From IMG/VR virus record IMGVR_UViG_3300022934_000004: a stretch of 64,000 nt of DNA, one strand, 5' to 3'. The notes below the pieces were generated by a model. The model did not search any database and had not been told where the DNA came from. It saw only the letters and a list, made by a program, of their open reading frames with translations. This DNA comes from a virus. This document shows positions 27,177 to 38,089 of this stretch, one piece after another. Positions within the stretch are counted from its first letter, which is position 1, and the number at the start of each line of letters is the position of its first letter. The translations under genes were made by a program, and so were the position numbers.

Positions 27177-28138
27177 TGAAAACTCTTAGTGATTTAAATC
27201 GTTTACCAATTACTATGAAACGAAGTCTGGTAGGAGATGTCTTACCAGAATATTGGTCTTCTGAATATCCTAATCTAATTTCTTTCCTTGAAGCTTATTA
27301 TGATTTCTTAGATAGTGATGAGAATTTTGGTGAACTCATTGAAGATCTTTATACAATAAGAGATATTGAAGAAGCTACTCTTGATCAAATAGATTTAATG
27401 TTTAAAGAAATTGGTATGGGTGTTGCTCATACTCAGTTTACATCACCAAGAGAAGTGATAAGAAACTTTGGTAGATTCTTTCGAGTAAAAGGTACAGAAT
27501 ACAGCGCCGAAAATTTCTTCCGTGCATTCTTTAATGAAGACGCTTGGCTAGAATATCCTAAGCATAACTTATTTACAGTTGGTCAATCTACATTAGGTAT
27601 TGATGGATTAGATGTATTACAAGATGGTAAACTAAATCAGATTTTATCTGTTCTTGTAAAATCTCCAATCTCAATTGCAACATGGGGTAATTTATATCGA
27701 AAGCATGTTCATCCAGCTGGTTTTTATCTAGGCGCTGAAGTTTTAATCACAACTTTATTTGATGTAGGAGCATCAGCTCCAATTGTTGTTTTAGATTCTG
27801 ATGGCGAGGTTATAGTTGAAGAAGTTACAACCTTCTTATCACAAGGTGCAGAACAAGATCTAACTCTACTACAAACAATGGGCGCAACCATGTATGTATT
27901 AGATTCAATACAAAATAGATTAATATGGACAAACATGGATGGGCTGTACGAATATGATTCGAGTTATACAGATAGAAATGCAGATTCTACACAAGAAGTC
28001 TTTAATGTTAGACTTGATCCAAGTATTCAGATTAGAGGATATAAAGATATTGTAATATCTGATTTTGATAGTGATTATACATCTATTTATGATTTAATGG
28101 AAGCATCTTATGACTTTGAACCATCGGTTCGGGTATAA
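27176..28138 (+). CDS. gp7: Baseplate wedge gp7-like (short)
   Basis: FLEAYY, KGTEYS, HPAGF; position between gp6 and gp8. Confidence 0.7.
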   Translation: MKTLSDLNRLPITMKRSLVGDVLPEYWSSEYPNLISFLEAYYDFLDSDENFGELIEDLYTIRDIEEATLDQIDLMFKEIGMGVAHTQFTSPREVIRNFGRFFRVKGTEYSAENFFRAFFNEDAWLEYPKHNLFTVGQSTLGIDGLDVLQDGKLNQILSVLVKSPISIATWGNLYRKHVHPAGFYLGAEVLITTLFDVGASAPIVVLDSDGEVIVEEVTTFLSQGAEQDLTLLQTMGATMYVLDSIQNRLIWTNMDGLYEYDSSYTDRNADSTQEVFNVRLDPSIQIRGYKDIVISDFDSDYTSIYDLMEASYDFEPSVRV

Positions 28139-28141
28139 ATA
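28134..28141 (+). promoter_or_regulatory. Late promoter TATAAATA
   Basis: Exact consensus upstream of gp8. Confidence 0.78.
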
Positions 28142-28167
28142 ATAGAAAATAATTTAGGGCATAGAAA

Positions 28168-29526
28168 ATGGTAGCAGTAATAACAGATTATTTTAGAAGT
28201 AATATCGTCAGATATATTACTGATGGTATTAACGACTCCAGTGAGCATATGTACATTGGCCTAGGTAGATCTGAGTATTGGGATAGTACTGATACACCTC
28301 CTCCGCCAGTGAACACAGCAGAAGAAATTAAAAACTTTAGAGAAAGTTTACAAGCTGTAAAGAAAATCACTGACACATCTTATGTTGTTCCAAGAGTTAA
28401 TTGGACGACTGGCACAACTTATTCACAATGGGATGATACTCAAGCAGGTTATCCAACACCCAATTATTATGTGATGACTCAAAACTACGGAGTCTATATG
28501 TGTTTAAGAACTGGAAGAAATGATACAGGAGCAACTGTTCCTTCTATAGTAGAACCTTCCGGCTCAAATAACGATCCATTTGAAACTGCTGATGGATATG
28601 TTTGGAAATTCCTATTTACTATTTCTGCAATTGAAGCTAACTATTTCCTTTCTGCTAATTATATGCCCGTAAGCAGAATTGTCGGTGAGTTAGATTCAGA
28701 TGCGACTGGTATTCAATTAAAGCATAAAGAAATTCAAGATCAAGCTGTGCCCGGCATGATTTCTTCCATTGTTGTAACTGATGGTGGATCTGGATACTCT
28801 TCACCTCCTACTGTTACTATTACTGGTAACGGAACTACAGCAGCAGCAATTGCTACAATTGATTCTGCAACAGATTCTGGTAGAGTTGCTAAGATTGAAT
28901 TCCTAAACGATTCTTCTACTTTATTATATCCTTATGGGTATGATTATGGTCAAGTCACATTATCAGGTGGAGGCGGATCAGGTGCTGAAGCTAGATTAGT
29001 TATTTCACCTCCTCAAGGATTTGGAGCAGATGCGCCAAATGATTTAAGATCTTCTGGAATTATGATTCATACTAAAGTTTCTGGATCAGAAGAAGATTTT
29101 ATTGTTGTCCAAGATTTCCGTCAAGTTGGTCTAATAAGAAATCCTGTAAAAGGAGATGGAAGTGATTCAGACTTTACTGCAGACACAGGTAATGCATTAC
29201 AAGCTTTAAACTTATCATCTACAACAGTAGCCTTTAGTGTTGATAAAACAATTGTAGGTGGAACTTCAGGCACAAAGGCTTATATTGATGAAGTAGATTC
29301 AAATTTATTATATTATCATCAAAACTCTACAACTGGATATGGCACCTTTACATTAGGTGAAACAATAACAGAATCTGATGGTTCTGGTGAAGGAGTACTA
29401 GGATCTATCATAGATAGTTCAGAAGTCGATCCATTCTCTGGAGAAGTCCTATACATTGATAATAGAACAGCAGTTGAGAGAATGTCTAATCAAACAGAAG
29501 ATGTTAAAATCATTCTACAATTATAA
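28168..29526 (+). CDS. gp8: Baseplate wedge gp8
   Basis: VVPRVNW..G..Y, VYMCL, DGYVWKFLFTI, FRQVGLIRNP, SGEVLYIDNR. Confidence 0.9.
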   Translation: MVAVITDYFRSNIVRYITDGINDSSEHMYIGLGRSEYWDSTDTPPPPVNTAEEIKNFRESLQAVKKITDTSYVVPRVNWTTGTTYSQWDDTQAGYPTPNYYVMTQNYGVYMCLRTGRNDTGATVPSIVEPSGSNNDPFETADGYVWKFLFTISAIEANYFLSANYMPVSRIVGELDSDATGIQLKHKEIQDQAVPGMISSIVVTDGGSGYSSPPTVTITGNGTTAAAIATIDSATDSGRVAKIEFLNDSSTLLYPYGYDYGQVTLSGGGGSGAEARLVISPPQGFGADAPNDLRSSGIMIHTKVSGSEEDFIVVQDFRQVGLIRNPVKGDGSDSDFTADTGNALQALNLSSTTVAFSVDKTIVGGTSGTKAYIDEVDSNLLYYHQNSTTGYGTFTLGETITESDGSGEGVLGSIIDSSEVDPFSGEVLYIDNRTAVERMSNQTEDVKIILQL

Positions 29527-29537
29527 AGAGCTAGCAC

Positions 29538-32500
29538 ATGACGATAAATTACACTGAAAAATTATTTGAAACTAGATACCGAGATGACTACGCGGATAGT
29601 AACGGGTTTGTTCGTATCTTATTCAACAATGGACGTCACTTACAAGCTAGAGAGTTAACACAATCTCAAACGATTATTCAAAAGCAATTGGAAAGATTCG
29701 GCCGCAATATTTTTAAAGAGGGCGCTGATGTTCTTCCTGGAGCAGTTGCTTTAAATAATAAGTATGAATTTGTAAAATTAGATGCTGGAGTTTACTCTGT
29801 TCCAGTTGATGGAAGCATTCTTGATGAAACATTTGTTGGTCAAAATTCAAATGTAAGAGTAAAAGTTTTAGAGCAAGTTGGGATTGAAGGATCTGATCCT
29901 CATACACTTTATGTAGAATATACCAATACGATAGGTGGAACAGTTAGTGATACTCCAATTAGATTAACACCTGGTGAAGATATTGTAGGTGTTTCTACTG
30001 GTACTATTTTAAGAGTACAAACAACAAACACAATTTCAAATCCAGCGGTTGGACAAGGCGTCAAGTTCTCCGTAGATGAGGGTTCCTTTTTCGTCAATGG
30101 TTTCTTTGTATTTGCGCCCAAACAAGAAATAATTATTCAAAAGTATAGCCCCATTTATACTGGTACTGTTGGATTTAAAGTTGTTCAAGACATTGTTACA
30201 GAAGATGATGATGAATCTCTTTATGATAACTCACAAAAACTTCCTAATACTACAGCACCTGGTGCAGATAGATTTAGAATTACATTAACTTTAATTGATG
30301 AAGCAAATACAAGTGCAACTGATACATTTGTTTATTTAGCTAAAGTAATAAATTCAAATGTTGTAGATGCTGTAACCGGATTTAATCAATATAATAAAAT
30401 AAATGACTTAATTGCTTTAAGAACAAAGGAAGAATCTGGAAACTATTTAGTGCGTCCATTTAAAATTTTGTATGATTCAGCAGATGCAACAAATCTAAAT
30501 TTAAATATTTCTGATGGCACAGCTTATGTTAATGGATATAGAGTTAATAAAGATTATCCTACAGAATTAGAAGTGCCTAGAGCTCAAGATACCGAGCAAT
30601 TAGAAAATGAAGTAGTTGCAAGTAACTTTGGAAACTATGTTATTGCAAGTACTTTAATAGGTTTACCTGATATATCCACATTTTCTGAAGTTAATTTAAG
30701 AGATAATGCTACTTATGGATCTGGATCTAATATAGGTACCGCTAGAATTAGATCTATTGACCGTGTTGGTGATGGTACTTATAGAATTTATCTATTTAAT
30801 ATTGCAATGTCTGGTGGTAATAATTTTAGAAACGTTAAATCTCTTGGAACTTCTTCAATTAATAATGCCACTTTATTATTAGAAAATAATTTAGCGGTAT
30901 TAAAAGAAGCAAATAATATAGATTTATTATTTCCTCTTCCACAAATTAGACCTTCTACAATTAATGACATATCATTAACAGTACAGAGAAAAATCAATGC
31001 TGTAACGGATGGTGCTGGAGCAGTTGATTTAACTTTATCAGCAGCAGGTGAAACCTGGGCAAGTACTTCTGATTGGATTACAGCAGTAGATTCTGATGGA
31101 GCTTTAGTCACTCCATCGATTTCAGGATCTGGTACTACGACAGCTTCTATTTCAGGCGCGCCATTTAATTCTAATTTAACACTTTTTGCTTATGTTAATA
31201 AAAGTGTTGGAACAGTTAAACAAAAGTTAATACAAGAAACTACTGGAAATCAAGGAAGCTTAAACACTGGTGGTAATGGAGAGCGTTACGTAGACCTTGC
31301 TGTTCCTGATGCTTTTCAAGTGAATTATATTAGACAAGATAGTGAAAACGGCGCAGACATTTCTGACCAATTTAACTTAGATACTGGCCAAAGAGATGCA
31401 TATTATGATATTTCTAGATTAGTGCTTAAAGGCGGTATTGCAGTACCAACAAATGTTTTCTGGTCAATTAAACATTTTCAGCACGCCACTTCAGGTGATT
31501 TCTTTGGAATTAATTCATACTCTTCATTAAGCTACACTGATATTCCATCATATACTAAACAAGATGGAACCGTAGTTGATTTAAGAAATGTTATGGATTT
31601 TCGTTCAGTTAAAAACGTTGGTGATACTTTTGTTGGCGGAACTGGACGAATTCATGAACTTCCAAAAAATACTGACGTTATTAATTCCGACATTACTTAT
31701 TATCTACCAAGATATGATAAAGTTATAGTTGATGAACAAGGAGAGTTATCTGTATTACAAGGTATTTCTTCTTTAACACCAAAGTTTAAAGAAGTTTCGC
31801 CAAATGCTTTAGAATTATATAGAGTTAAAATGAATCCATTTACTCTACATGATAGTGATATGGTAACTCAATTCATAGAAGCCAAAGGCTATACTATGAA
31901 AGACATTGGTTTAATAGAAAAAAGAGTAAACACTTTAGAAAAAGCTGTTAGTCTTTCATTACTTGAATTAGATACTAATGCATTAGAATTAATTGATTCA
32001 AATGGAACACCCAGAACTAAATCTGGATTTGCAGTAGATAACTTTACGAGTCATATTTTATCTGATACTACAAGTTCAGAATATAAAGCGTCAATTAATC
32101 CTAGTCAACAAACTTTAAATTCTGCATATGTTGAAAAAAATGTTGGATTAGTGTATGATTCTTCTTTATCGACTAATACTGTGTTAAAAGGCGATAATGT
32201 ATATGTAAAATATAATGAAACAAGTTATATTTCTCAACCTCAAGTTTCTAATACTCAAAGCGCCAATCCATTTACTACTTCTTTATATAATGGCACAGTG
32301 ATTTTATCAGGTGCTTCTGATGAACATAGAGATACAAAAACTCCAGCCACTGTAGTATTACAAGGGGGTGTAAGTTTAACGCCAAAACAAGAATTACTTT
32401 ATTCATTTAATGAATGGGGATGGAATGGTATTGATAGAAATTCTACTGTAACAACTAGAGTTGTAGAAAATGAAACAATTAGAGAAGTGGTTAATGATAG

Positions 32501-34478
32501 AATAGTTGATGTAACTTTAATTCCATTTATGAGATCAAGAAAAGTTTATTTTAAAGCTGTAGGTTTAAGACCTAATACAAGAATTATTCCTTATTTTGAT
32601 GGTGTTAATGTTAGTGATTGGTGCAAATCTGAAGCCTTCCAAAGAATTAATACAAATAAAGCCGAATACGGAAACACTAAATCTAAATTAACAAGTCATC
32701 CAGATGGAAGTTCTAATTTATTTACCGATGCTAAAGGTGAAGTTTCTGGTTCTTTCTTTATACCTAATACACCAAGTATTAGATTTAGAACTGGTGTAAA
32801 AGAATTTACTTTATTAGATATTACAACTTTTGATCCAGATACTTCAGGTTCTGTAGCTTCTGCTTCTTTTGCAGCAGAAGGTGTTATAGAAACTAAAACA
32901 GCTAATCTTGTTAATACAAGAAGAGTTAATCCACCAAACTTAACAAGAAAGCATAATCCATTAGCTCAATCTTTTTATGTTGCTGAAACAACTGGTGTGT
33001 TTTTAACTAAAATAAGATTATATTTTAAAAATAAATCTAGTACTCTTCCAATTTGGATTCAATTAAGACCTATGAAAAATGGGGCGCCGAGTGATGAGGT
33101 TATTATACCAGGTTCAAATAAAATCTTAGATCCTATTAATGTTCAAACTTCAACCGATGGAAGTGTAGGAACTGATTTTGAATTTGATGAACCTATTTAT
33201 TTAAACCCACAAACAGAATATGCTTTAGTAGTTCTTACAGATGCTTCTGATTATAATCTTTTCATTTCAAGAATGGGCGAGTTTGAATTAGGATCTACTG
33301 AAAAGAGAATTACAAAACAACCTACATTAGGTTCTATGTTTAAACCTCAAAGCGTTGCAGATTGGGAGCCTTCACAATTAGAAGATTTAATGTTTATAGC
33401 TTATAGAGCTTCATTTTCTACTGGAACATCAACTGCGTATTTAGAAAATATAAGCTTACCTAATAAACTTCTCGGTGATAATCCAATTACTACAACTTCA
33501 GGTTCAGCTGAAATCACAGTAAAACATAATGAACATGGTTTATTTGTTGGAGACACTGTTACTCTTAGTGGTATTGTTGGTAATATTGGTGGATTCTCAC
33601 AAGATAGCTTAAACGCCAATCATATTATCACAGCAATTGATGGAACTGGATATACTTTTGACATGGATTCAACTGCAAGCATTACAACTACTTCTGGTGG
33701 TGATGATGTAATTGCATCAGATCAAATGCTAATGGATAAAGTCTTCCCTTATATTGAAACGATTGCGCCAGAAGAAACTGCTTTACAGTATAAAGGTAAA
33801 TTCCACACTGGTAAATCTTTTGCTGGAAATGAAACAGCTTATGCTGAGGATGTTATCTTTACAAGTCTTAATAATAAAGAATATAATTTCTTTCCAGCTC
33901 CAAGAGTTATAGCGCAAAGTTCAAAAGAAACTTCATTAGCAACTTCTACTGCTAAAATGAATGTATTAATGACTACTGCATCTGAATATGTATCACCTAT
34001 TGTTGATTTACAAAGAAGTTCATTAACAGGTATATCACATAAAATAGATGATCAAGCAGCAGCTCCTGCATCAGGTAAAAATGTTCCTTTAAATTATGTA
34101 GCAGAAACTGATCCAGCTGAAGGTTCTTCTTTATCAAAGCATATAACAAAGCCTGTTACTCTTATTCAAGATGCTGTTGGTTTAAAAATTGTATTTAGTG
34201 CAAATAGACCATCAGTTTCTACTATAGAAGTTTATTATAAAGCAATTACTGAAGACGAAGATTTAAACTTAGTTGATTGGTCACTTGCTACAATAGAGAC
34301 GGAAGTTCCTTCTGATGAGAATAGAGATGAATTTAGAGAATATAGATACCTAGTTGGAGGAAGTAGCGGTAGCCTATCTTCATTCTCGGTATACCAACTA
34401 AAAATTGTTATGAAATCTACAAATAGTTCTAAGGTTCCTGTAATAAAAGATTTAAGAGCAATTGCGCTAGGGACATAA
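29538..34478 (+). CDS. VrlC-like (DUF4815) large baseplate/fibre-attachment protein
   Basis: LQARELTQSQ, APGADR, RTKEESGNY, KSGFAVDNF, PLAQSF. Confidence 0.82.
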   Translation: MTINYTEKLFETRYRDDYADSNGFVRILFNNGRHLQARELTQSQTIIQKQLERFGRNIFKEGADVLPGAVALNNKYEFVKLDAGVYSVPVDGSILDETFVGQNSNVRVKVLEQVGIEGSDPHTLYVEYTNTIGGTVSDTPIRLTPGEDIVGVSTGTILRVQTTNTISNPAVGQGVKFSVDEGSFFVNGFFVFAPKQEIIIQKYSPIYTGTVGFKVVQDIVTEDDDESLYDNSQKLPNTTAPGADRFRITLTLIDEANTSATDTFVYLAKVINSNVVDAVTGFNQYNKINDLIALRTKEESGNYLVRPFKILYDSADATNLNLNISDGTAYVNGYRVNKDYPTELEVPRAQDTEQLENEVVASNFGNYVIASTLIGLPDISTFSEVNLRDNATYGSGSNIGTARIRSIDRVGDGTYRIYLFNIAMSGGNNFRNVKSLGTSSINNATLLLENNLAVLKEANNIDLLFPLPQIRPSTINDISLTVQRKINAVTDGAGAVDLTLSAAGETWASTSDWITAVDSDGALVTPSISGSGTTTASISGAPFNSNLTLFAYVNKSVGTVKQKLIQETTGNQGSLNTGGNGERYVDLAVPDAFQVNYIRQDSENGADISDQFNLDTGQRDAYYDISRLVLKGGIAVPTNVFWSIKHFQHATSGDFFGINSYSSLSYTDIPSYTKQDGTVVDLRNVMDFRSVKNVGDTFVGGTGRIHELPKNTDVINSDITYYLPRYDKVIVDEQGELSVLQGISSLTPKFKEVSPNALELYRVKMNPFTLHDSDMVTQFIEAKGYTMKDIGLIEKRVNTLEKAVSLSLLELDTNALELIDSNGTPRTKSGFAVDNFTSHILSDTTSSEYKASINPSQQTLNSAYVEKNVGLVYDSSLSTNTVLKGDNVYVKYNETSYISQPQVSNTQSANPFTTSLYNGTVILSGASDEHRDTKTPATVVLQGGVSLTPKQELLYSFNEWGWNGIDRNSTVTTRVVENETIREVVNDRIVDVTLIPFMRSRKVYFKAVGLRPNTRIIPYFDGVNVSDWCKSEAFQRINTNKAEYGNTKSKLTSHPDGSSNLFTDAKGEVSGSFFIPNTPSIRFRTGVKEFTLLDITTFDPDTSGSVASASFAAEGVIETKTANLVNTRRVNPPNLTRKHNPLAQSFYVAETTGVFLTKIRLYFKNKSSTLPIWIQLRPMKNGAPSDEVIIPGSNKILDPINVQTSTDGSVGTDFEFDEPIYLNPQTEYALVVLTDASDYNLFISRMGEFELGSTEKRITKQPTLGSMFKPQSVADWEPSQLEDLMFIAYRASFSTGTSTAYLENISLPNKLLGDNPITTTSGSAEITVKHNEHGLFVGDTVTLSGIVGNIGGFSQDSLNANHIITAIDGTGYTFDMDSTASITTTSGGDDVIASDQMLMDKVFPYIETIAPEETALQYKGKFHTGKSFAGNETAYAEDVIFTSLNNKEYNFFPAPRVIAQSSKETSLATSTAKMNVLMTTASEYVSPIVDLQRSSLTGISHKIDDQAAAPASGKNVPLNYVAETDPAEGSSLSKHITKPVTLIQDAVGLKIVFSANRPSVSTIEVYYKAITEDEDLNLVDWSLATIETEVPSDENRDEFREYRYLVGGSSGSLSSFSVYQLKIVMKSTNSSKVPVIKDLRAIALGT

Positions 34479-34479
34479 T

Positions 34480-34686
34480 ATGAAATTTTTACCGGTAGAA
34501 GGAAATAGCGATTTAGTAAAAGATCCTAATACAGGAGCTATTTTAAATACTTCTAGTAATATTGCAATTGCAAGAAGAGCTAAAGAGGCACGGAAACAAA
34601 AAGAAAAAGAATTAATTGAACTAAAAGAAGAAGTAAAAGAATTGAAAACTATGTTAAATGTACTTCTAAATAAATTGGATAATTAA
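34480..34686 (+). CDS. Small coiled-coil protein following VrlC
   Basis: VEGNSDLVKDPNTGAILN plus coiled coil. Confidence 0.75.
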   Translation: MKFLPVEGNSDLVKDPNTGAILNTSSNIAIARRAKEARKQKEKELIELKEEVKELKTMLNVLLNKLDN

Positions 34687-34688
34687 TT

Positions 34689-34940
34689 ATGGCACGTCAA
34701 GTAAGAGTAGATTTAAGCGATCACTTTGAAGCATGGAGAGAAAAAACAAATCTTCTTTCTCAATATATGGGTGATTTAGATAGGTTAATTACACCAGAAG
34801 ATTCTGATCTTGTTGGTGCTATTAATTCTGCTTATACGTATAGACAGGACTATTATACTGACACGACTGTAGTTTTAGTTAATTCAGCTGGCAGTATAAT
34901 CAAAACAATGTATGTTTATGATAGTATTGGCGGCTTATAA
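34689..34940 (+). CDS. Short fibre/adaptor protein
   Basis: DLSDHFEAWREKTN; DSDLVGAIN. Confidence 0.65.
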   Translation: MARQVRVDLSDHFEAWREKTNLLSQYMGDLDRLITPEDSDLVGAINSAYTYRQDYYTDTTVVLVNSAGSIIKTMYVYDSIGGL

Positions 34941-34943
34941 ATA
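34936..34943 (+). promoter_or_regulatory. Late promoter TATAAATA
   Basis: Exact consensus. Confidence 0.75.
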
Positions 34944-34965
34944 AAGAATAAAATGGGCGGATTAG

Positions 34966-35214
34966 ATGGCAAGAAAAATTTACGTAGATTTAAGCGATAC
35001 AATCGACGCTTGGCGGGAGAAAACAAATATTCTTGGTGCGAATAGTGGTGACTTAGATAATTTAATCACTACTGCAGATTCTGACCTCGTGGCTGCTATT
35101 AATGAAGTTTATAATTTTCAACCAATACGGGATGAGAATTTGCGCATTAGAAGGGCTGATGGAACTATTGCAAAAGATTTATATGGCTTCACAGCAGATT
35201 CATCCGGTGGTTAA
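34966..35214 (+). CDS. Short fibre/adaptor protein (paralog of 34689)
   Basis: DLSDTIDAWREKTN; DSDLVAAIN. Confidence 0.65.
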   Translation: MARKIYVDLSDTIDAWREKTNILGANSGDLDNLITTADSDLVAAINEVYNFQPIRDENLRIRRADGTIAKDLYGFTADSSGG

Positions 35215-35219
35215 TTATT

Positions 35220-36215
35220 ATGGCAAGAAGAAGACCGCTTAGAATAGATGATAGCGACAACCTAATAGAAATGTCTCTTGATGACATGTTACAAGTTAGA
35301 AAACGTATAATTTCATTATACGGCGCCAATCCTTCTGTAACATTAGGTGTTGTTCCATCTGGTGGTAATTTACCAGGAGCTCCACTATATGATAGAAGAA
35401 CTGTTTCTGGTGGTGCTGTTTTAGCTGGAGATCCTCTTAAACCTTTAAGTACAATAGATGTTGCTTATAACAGAGTTGAACAATCAATAGAAGATTCTAG
35501 TACAACTCCAACTTGTCCTGATACAAATCTTAGAGGATTTCCAGTTTATTTAAATGACAGCGATCACATCCAGGCGATGACTGATTCCGATTTTTATGAT
35601 ACCTTTATGGATTCAGCTATTGAGACACTTACGCTTACTGGCTGGGCAGATAGTACTCAAGCTGGAACATATGTAGTATCAACTACTCAATTTGTAGAAG
35701 ATGCTGAACTTATATCAACTACTCCAATTTTTGTTAATACTATAGCAGATGTTGAAGCATTTGGAAGTGGCCCTTTGCCTGAAGATTCAGATCAGCCATT
35801 AGAATTAACTTCATACTATTTACATAGAATTAATCCAACTCGTGCAGAAAGTTTTAATTGTATTGTAATTGACGATTCAGATCATTTACAAGAATTAACA
35901 GATTCAGATTTCGATGAATGTCTTTCTAAATCTATTCGATATTCAGCCGCAAGGCGACCTTTAAATCAAATAAGATATGCATGGGATAGTGGTAATATTA
36001 GAACTACTGCTATTTTAGATACTGTTATCGATTCATCTGGTGGACCTGTTAGTGATTATGACGAATATGGTACATATGAAGTAGATTATGAGTACACTCA
36101 GTACGATTCTGCGTTACCATATATAATTAGAGAAGATGGAACATATCGTCAAATTGTTCCAAGTGGAAGAGAAGCAATTTATAGAAGATATTATTTGAAA
36201 ATACAAAAGGTGTAA
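35220..36215 (+). CDS. Putative virion protein, DS-rich (paralog of 42447)
   Basis: NPSVTL..V.SGGNL, GTY, YYLH, YYLK shared with 42447. Confidence 0.6.
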   Translation: MARRRPLRIDDSDNLIEMSLDDMLQVRKRIISLYGANPSVTLGVVPSGGNLPGAPLYDRRTVSGGAVLAGDPLKPLSTIDVAYNRVEQSIEDSSTTPTCPDTNLRGFPVYLNDSDHIQAMTDSDFYDTFMDSAIETLTLTGWADSTQAGTYVVSTTQFVEDAELISTTPIFVNTIADVEAFGSGPLPEDSDQPLELTSYYLHRINPTRAESFNCIVIDDSDHLQELTDSDFDECLSKSIRYSAARRPLNQIRYAWDSGNIRTTAILDTVIDSSGGPVSDYDEYGTYEVDYEYTQYDSALPYIIREDGTYRQIVPSGREAIYRRYYLKIQKV

Positions 36216-36221
36216 TTTATA

Positions 36222-36689
36222 ATGGCAGTATTTAGTGGAAAGATTGTAGAAGCTAAATTCTTAGATCGTCAAAAAACAATGATAGAAATCTTATATAAAG
36301 ATGATGATAAAATTGTGGCGCATTCTATAGAAGTTGATTGGGAATTAAAAGATTTTCATGATTTATTAGAAGAAATGGATCTTGAAGATATTGAAAGACA
36401 AACAATCATTAGAAATCAAGATTTAGCGGAACAAAAGAAAGCAGCTGTAAAAGCGGGTGTTGAAGCAAGATTATCAGATGGATTTAAAGAAAAAGCTACT
36501 GCAATTGATGTTTTAATAAAAGAAGTAATTGCTAATAGACACGATGAAAGTTTCTTATTTAAATTTAAAGCAGAAATATTTAAAATGGAAGAAGTAAGTC
36601 TTTCTTATAAATGGTTTAAAAAAAGAAAAATTCAGAAATCTAAAGATGCATTAGAAATTTTAGCTATATTATATAAAATTATAAAGTGA
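36222..36689 (+). CDS. Hypothetical protein (possible fibre chaperone)
   Basis: Intact ORF in the late operon; function inferred from position only. Confidence 0.55.
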   Translation: MAVFSGKIVEAKFLDRQKTMIEILYKDDDKIVAHSIEVDWELKDFHDLLEEMDLEDIERQTIIRNQDLAEQKKAAVKAGVEARLSDGFKEKATAIDVLIKEVIANRHDESFLFKFKAEIFKMEEVSLSYKWFKKRKIQKSKDALEILAILYKIIK

Positions 36690-36698
36690 TGGTTTATA

Positions 36699-37448
36699 AT
36701 GGGAAACAAAATCATTTACCTCAGGTGGGGTGAAAGATACACTGAAGAGCATGTATCACAATTATTCGATAAAGTAAATAAAAATTGTTCAGTTGATTTT
36801 GAATTTACTACAATTGAAAGTGTTCATCTTGGTGATGAATTTGATGAACTTGCAAAAGGTCAAAAAATTTGTTTTAGAGGAACGCAGGATCCAGAATCTT
36901 CAGTAACAGACAATCCTAATCAAGATTATTGTAGAGAAGACGCTGGTGGCATGGCTCATTGGCGTAAATATCTTATGTTTAACCGAGATGTTGAGCAATT
37001 TAGTGAAGAAGATACTTTATTATATTTAGATTTAGATACACTTATAACTGGAGATTTAGCTTACTTTTTTGATTTAGATATGTCTAAGCCATATATTGCT
37101 CGAAGCTGGCAATTTGAAATAGACAATTTATGGAGAAAGCTCTATAATCTTAGAAGTTGTCCTTATTTTAATAGTTCAGTTTTAGTTTGGAAACCAGGTC
37201 AATGTTTACCTGTTTTTGATGAAATGATGAAACAATATTGGAATATGATGTTATCATATGGAAGCAATGATAATTGGCTATTCCATAGATTTGGGCCACA
37301 TACTTTTTCAGATGAAAATAGAAACTTTTTTAATTGGTTTCCAAAATATACAGTAGCATCTGATTCTCGCTTTGTTAAAGAAGGCGAAACAATTATTCAC
37401 ACTTTAGCTGGATTAACTATGTCTGAAAAGAATAAATTATGTTTATAA
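36699..37448 (+). CDS. GT-A glycosyltransferase-like protein
   Basis: RWGERY, LYLDLDTLI (DxD), FNSSVLVW. Confidence 0.75.
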   Translation: MGNKIIYLRWGERYTEEHVSQLFDKVNKNCSVDFEFTTIESVHLGDEFDELAKGQKICFRGTQDPESSVTDNPNQDYCREDAGGMAHWRKYLMFNRDVEQFSEEDTLLYLDLDTLITGDLAYFFDLDMSKPYIARSWQFEIDNLWRKLYNLRSCPYFNSSVLVWKPGQCLPVFDEMMKQYWNMMLSYGSNDNWLFHRFGPHTFSDENRNFFNWFPKYTVASDSRFVKEGETIIHTLAGLTMSEKNKLCL

Positions 37449-38089
37449 TAGATGATTACAATATTAATGATAGTTTAGTTGATAGTCTATTTGCATTAGA
37501 TGAAAACTGTCCATGGATGAAAATTGATTTTTATAGATCATTATCTAAACGTAAATTACAAAAAAATATGTGGTTATATGATCAATTAACAAATGTTATA
37601 CACGATCCAACTATAATGTCTAGAGTAAATTGGTTAGCGCCTGGTTTTTGTTATTATTCTTCTATAATTTTAGATAAATTGGGTTTCAAAGATATAAAAT
37701 TTTATGATTATGATCCTTCAGTTAAATACGTTAATTATCAATCTACAAAATTAATTAAAAATGCAAATGTAGAACATATTATGTTAGATGTAGTATTTGA
37801 TAGAGAATTTATTAGAAAAGATCCAGATTTAGTAGTTTGTCTTTCTATGTCATCTCTTGGAAATGATTTTTTTATGCTTAATGAAAATTATAAAAATAAT
37901 CCTATGTTTGCTTTAATGGGTTCTAGTAAATGTAAACGAGGAAATATTCATGTTTTTGAGAGTATAGATAAATTCATAGAATCAACTGGAATTAAGAATA
38001 TTTTATATTCCGGTGAAAAAAATATACATGGAGAAATTTATTATTTGGTAATAGGGCATAAGGAAGATGATGGATGCTACAAATTATAG
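37439..38089 (+). CDS. Class I SAM methyltransferase-like protein (divergent)
   Basis: WLAPGFCY, FYDYDP, DVVFD, DLVVCLS, YLVIG; paralog of 39534. Confidence 0.5.
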   Translation: MFIIDDYNINDSLVDSLFALDENCPWMKIDFYRSLSKRKLQKNMWLYDQLTNVIHDPTIMSRVNWLAPGFCYYSSIILDKLGFKDIKFYDYDPSVKYVNYQSTKLIKNANVEHIMLDVVFDREFIRKDPDLVVCLSMSSLGNDFFMLNENYKNNPMFALMGSSKCKRGNIHVFESIDKFIESTGIKNILYSGEKNIHGEIYYLVIGHKEDDGCYKL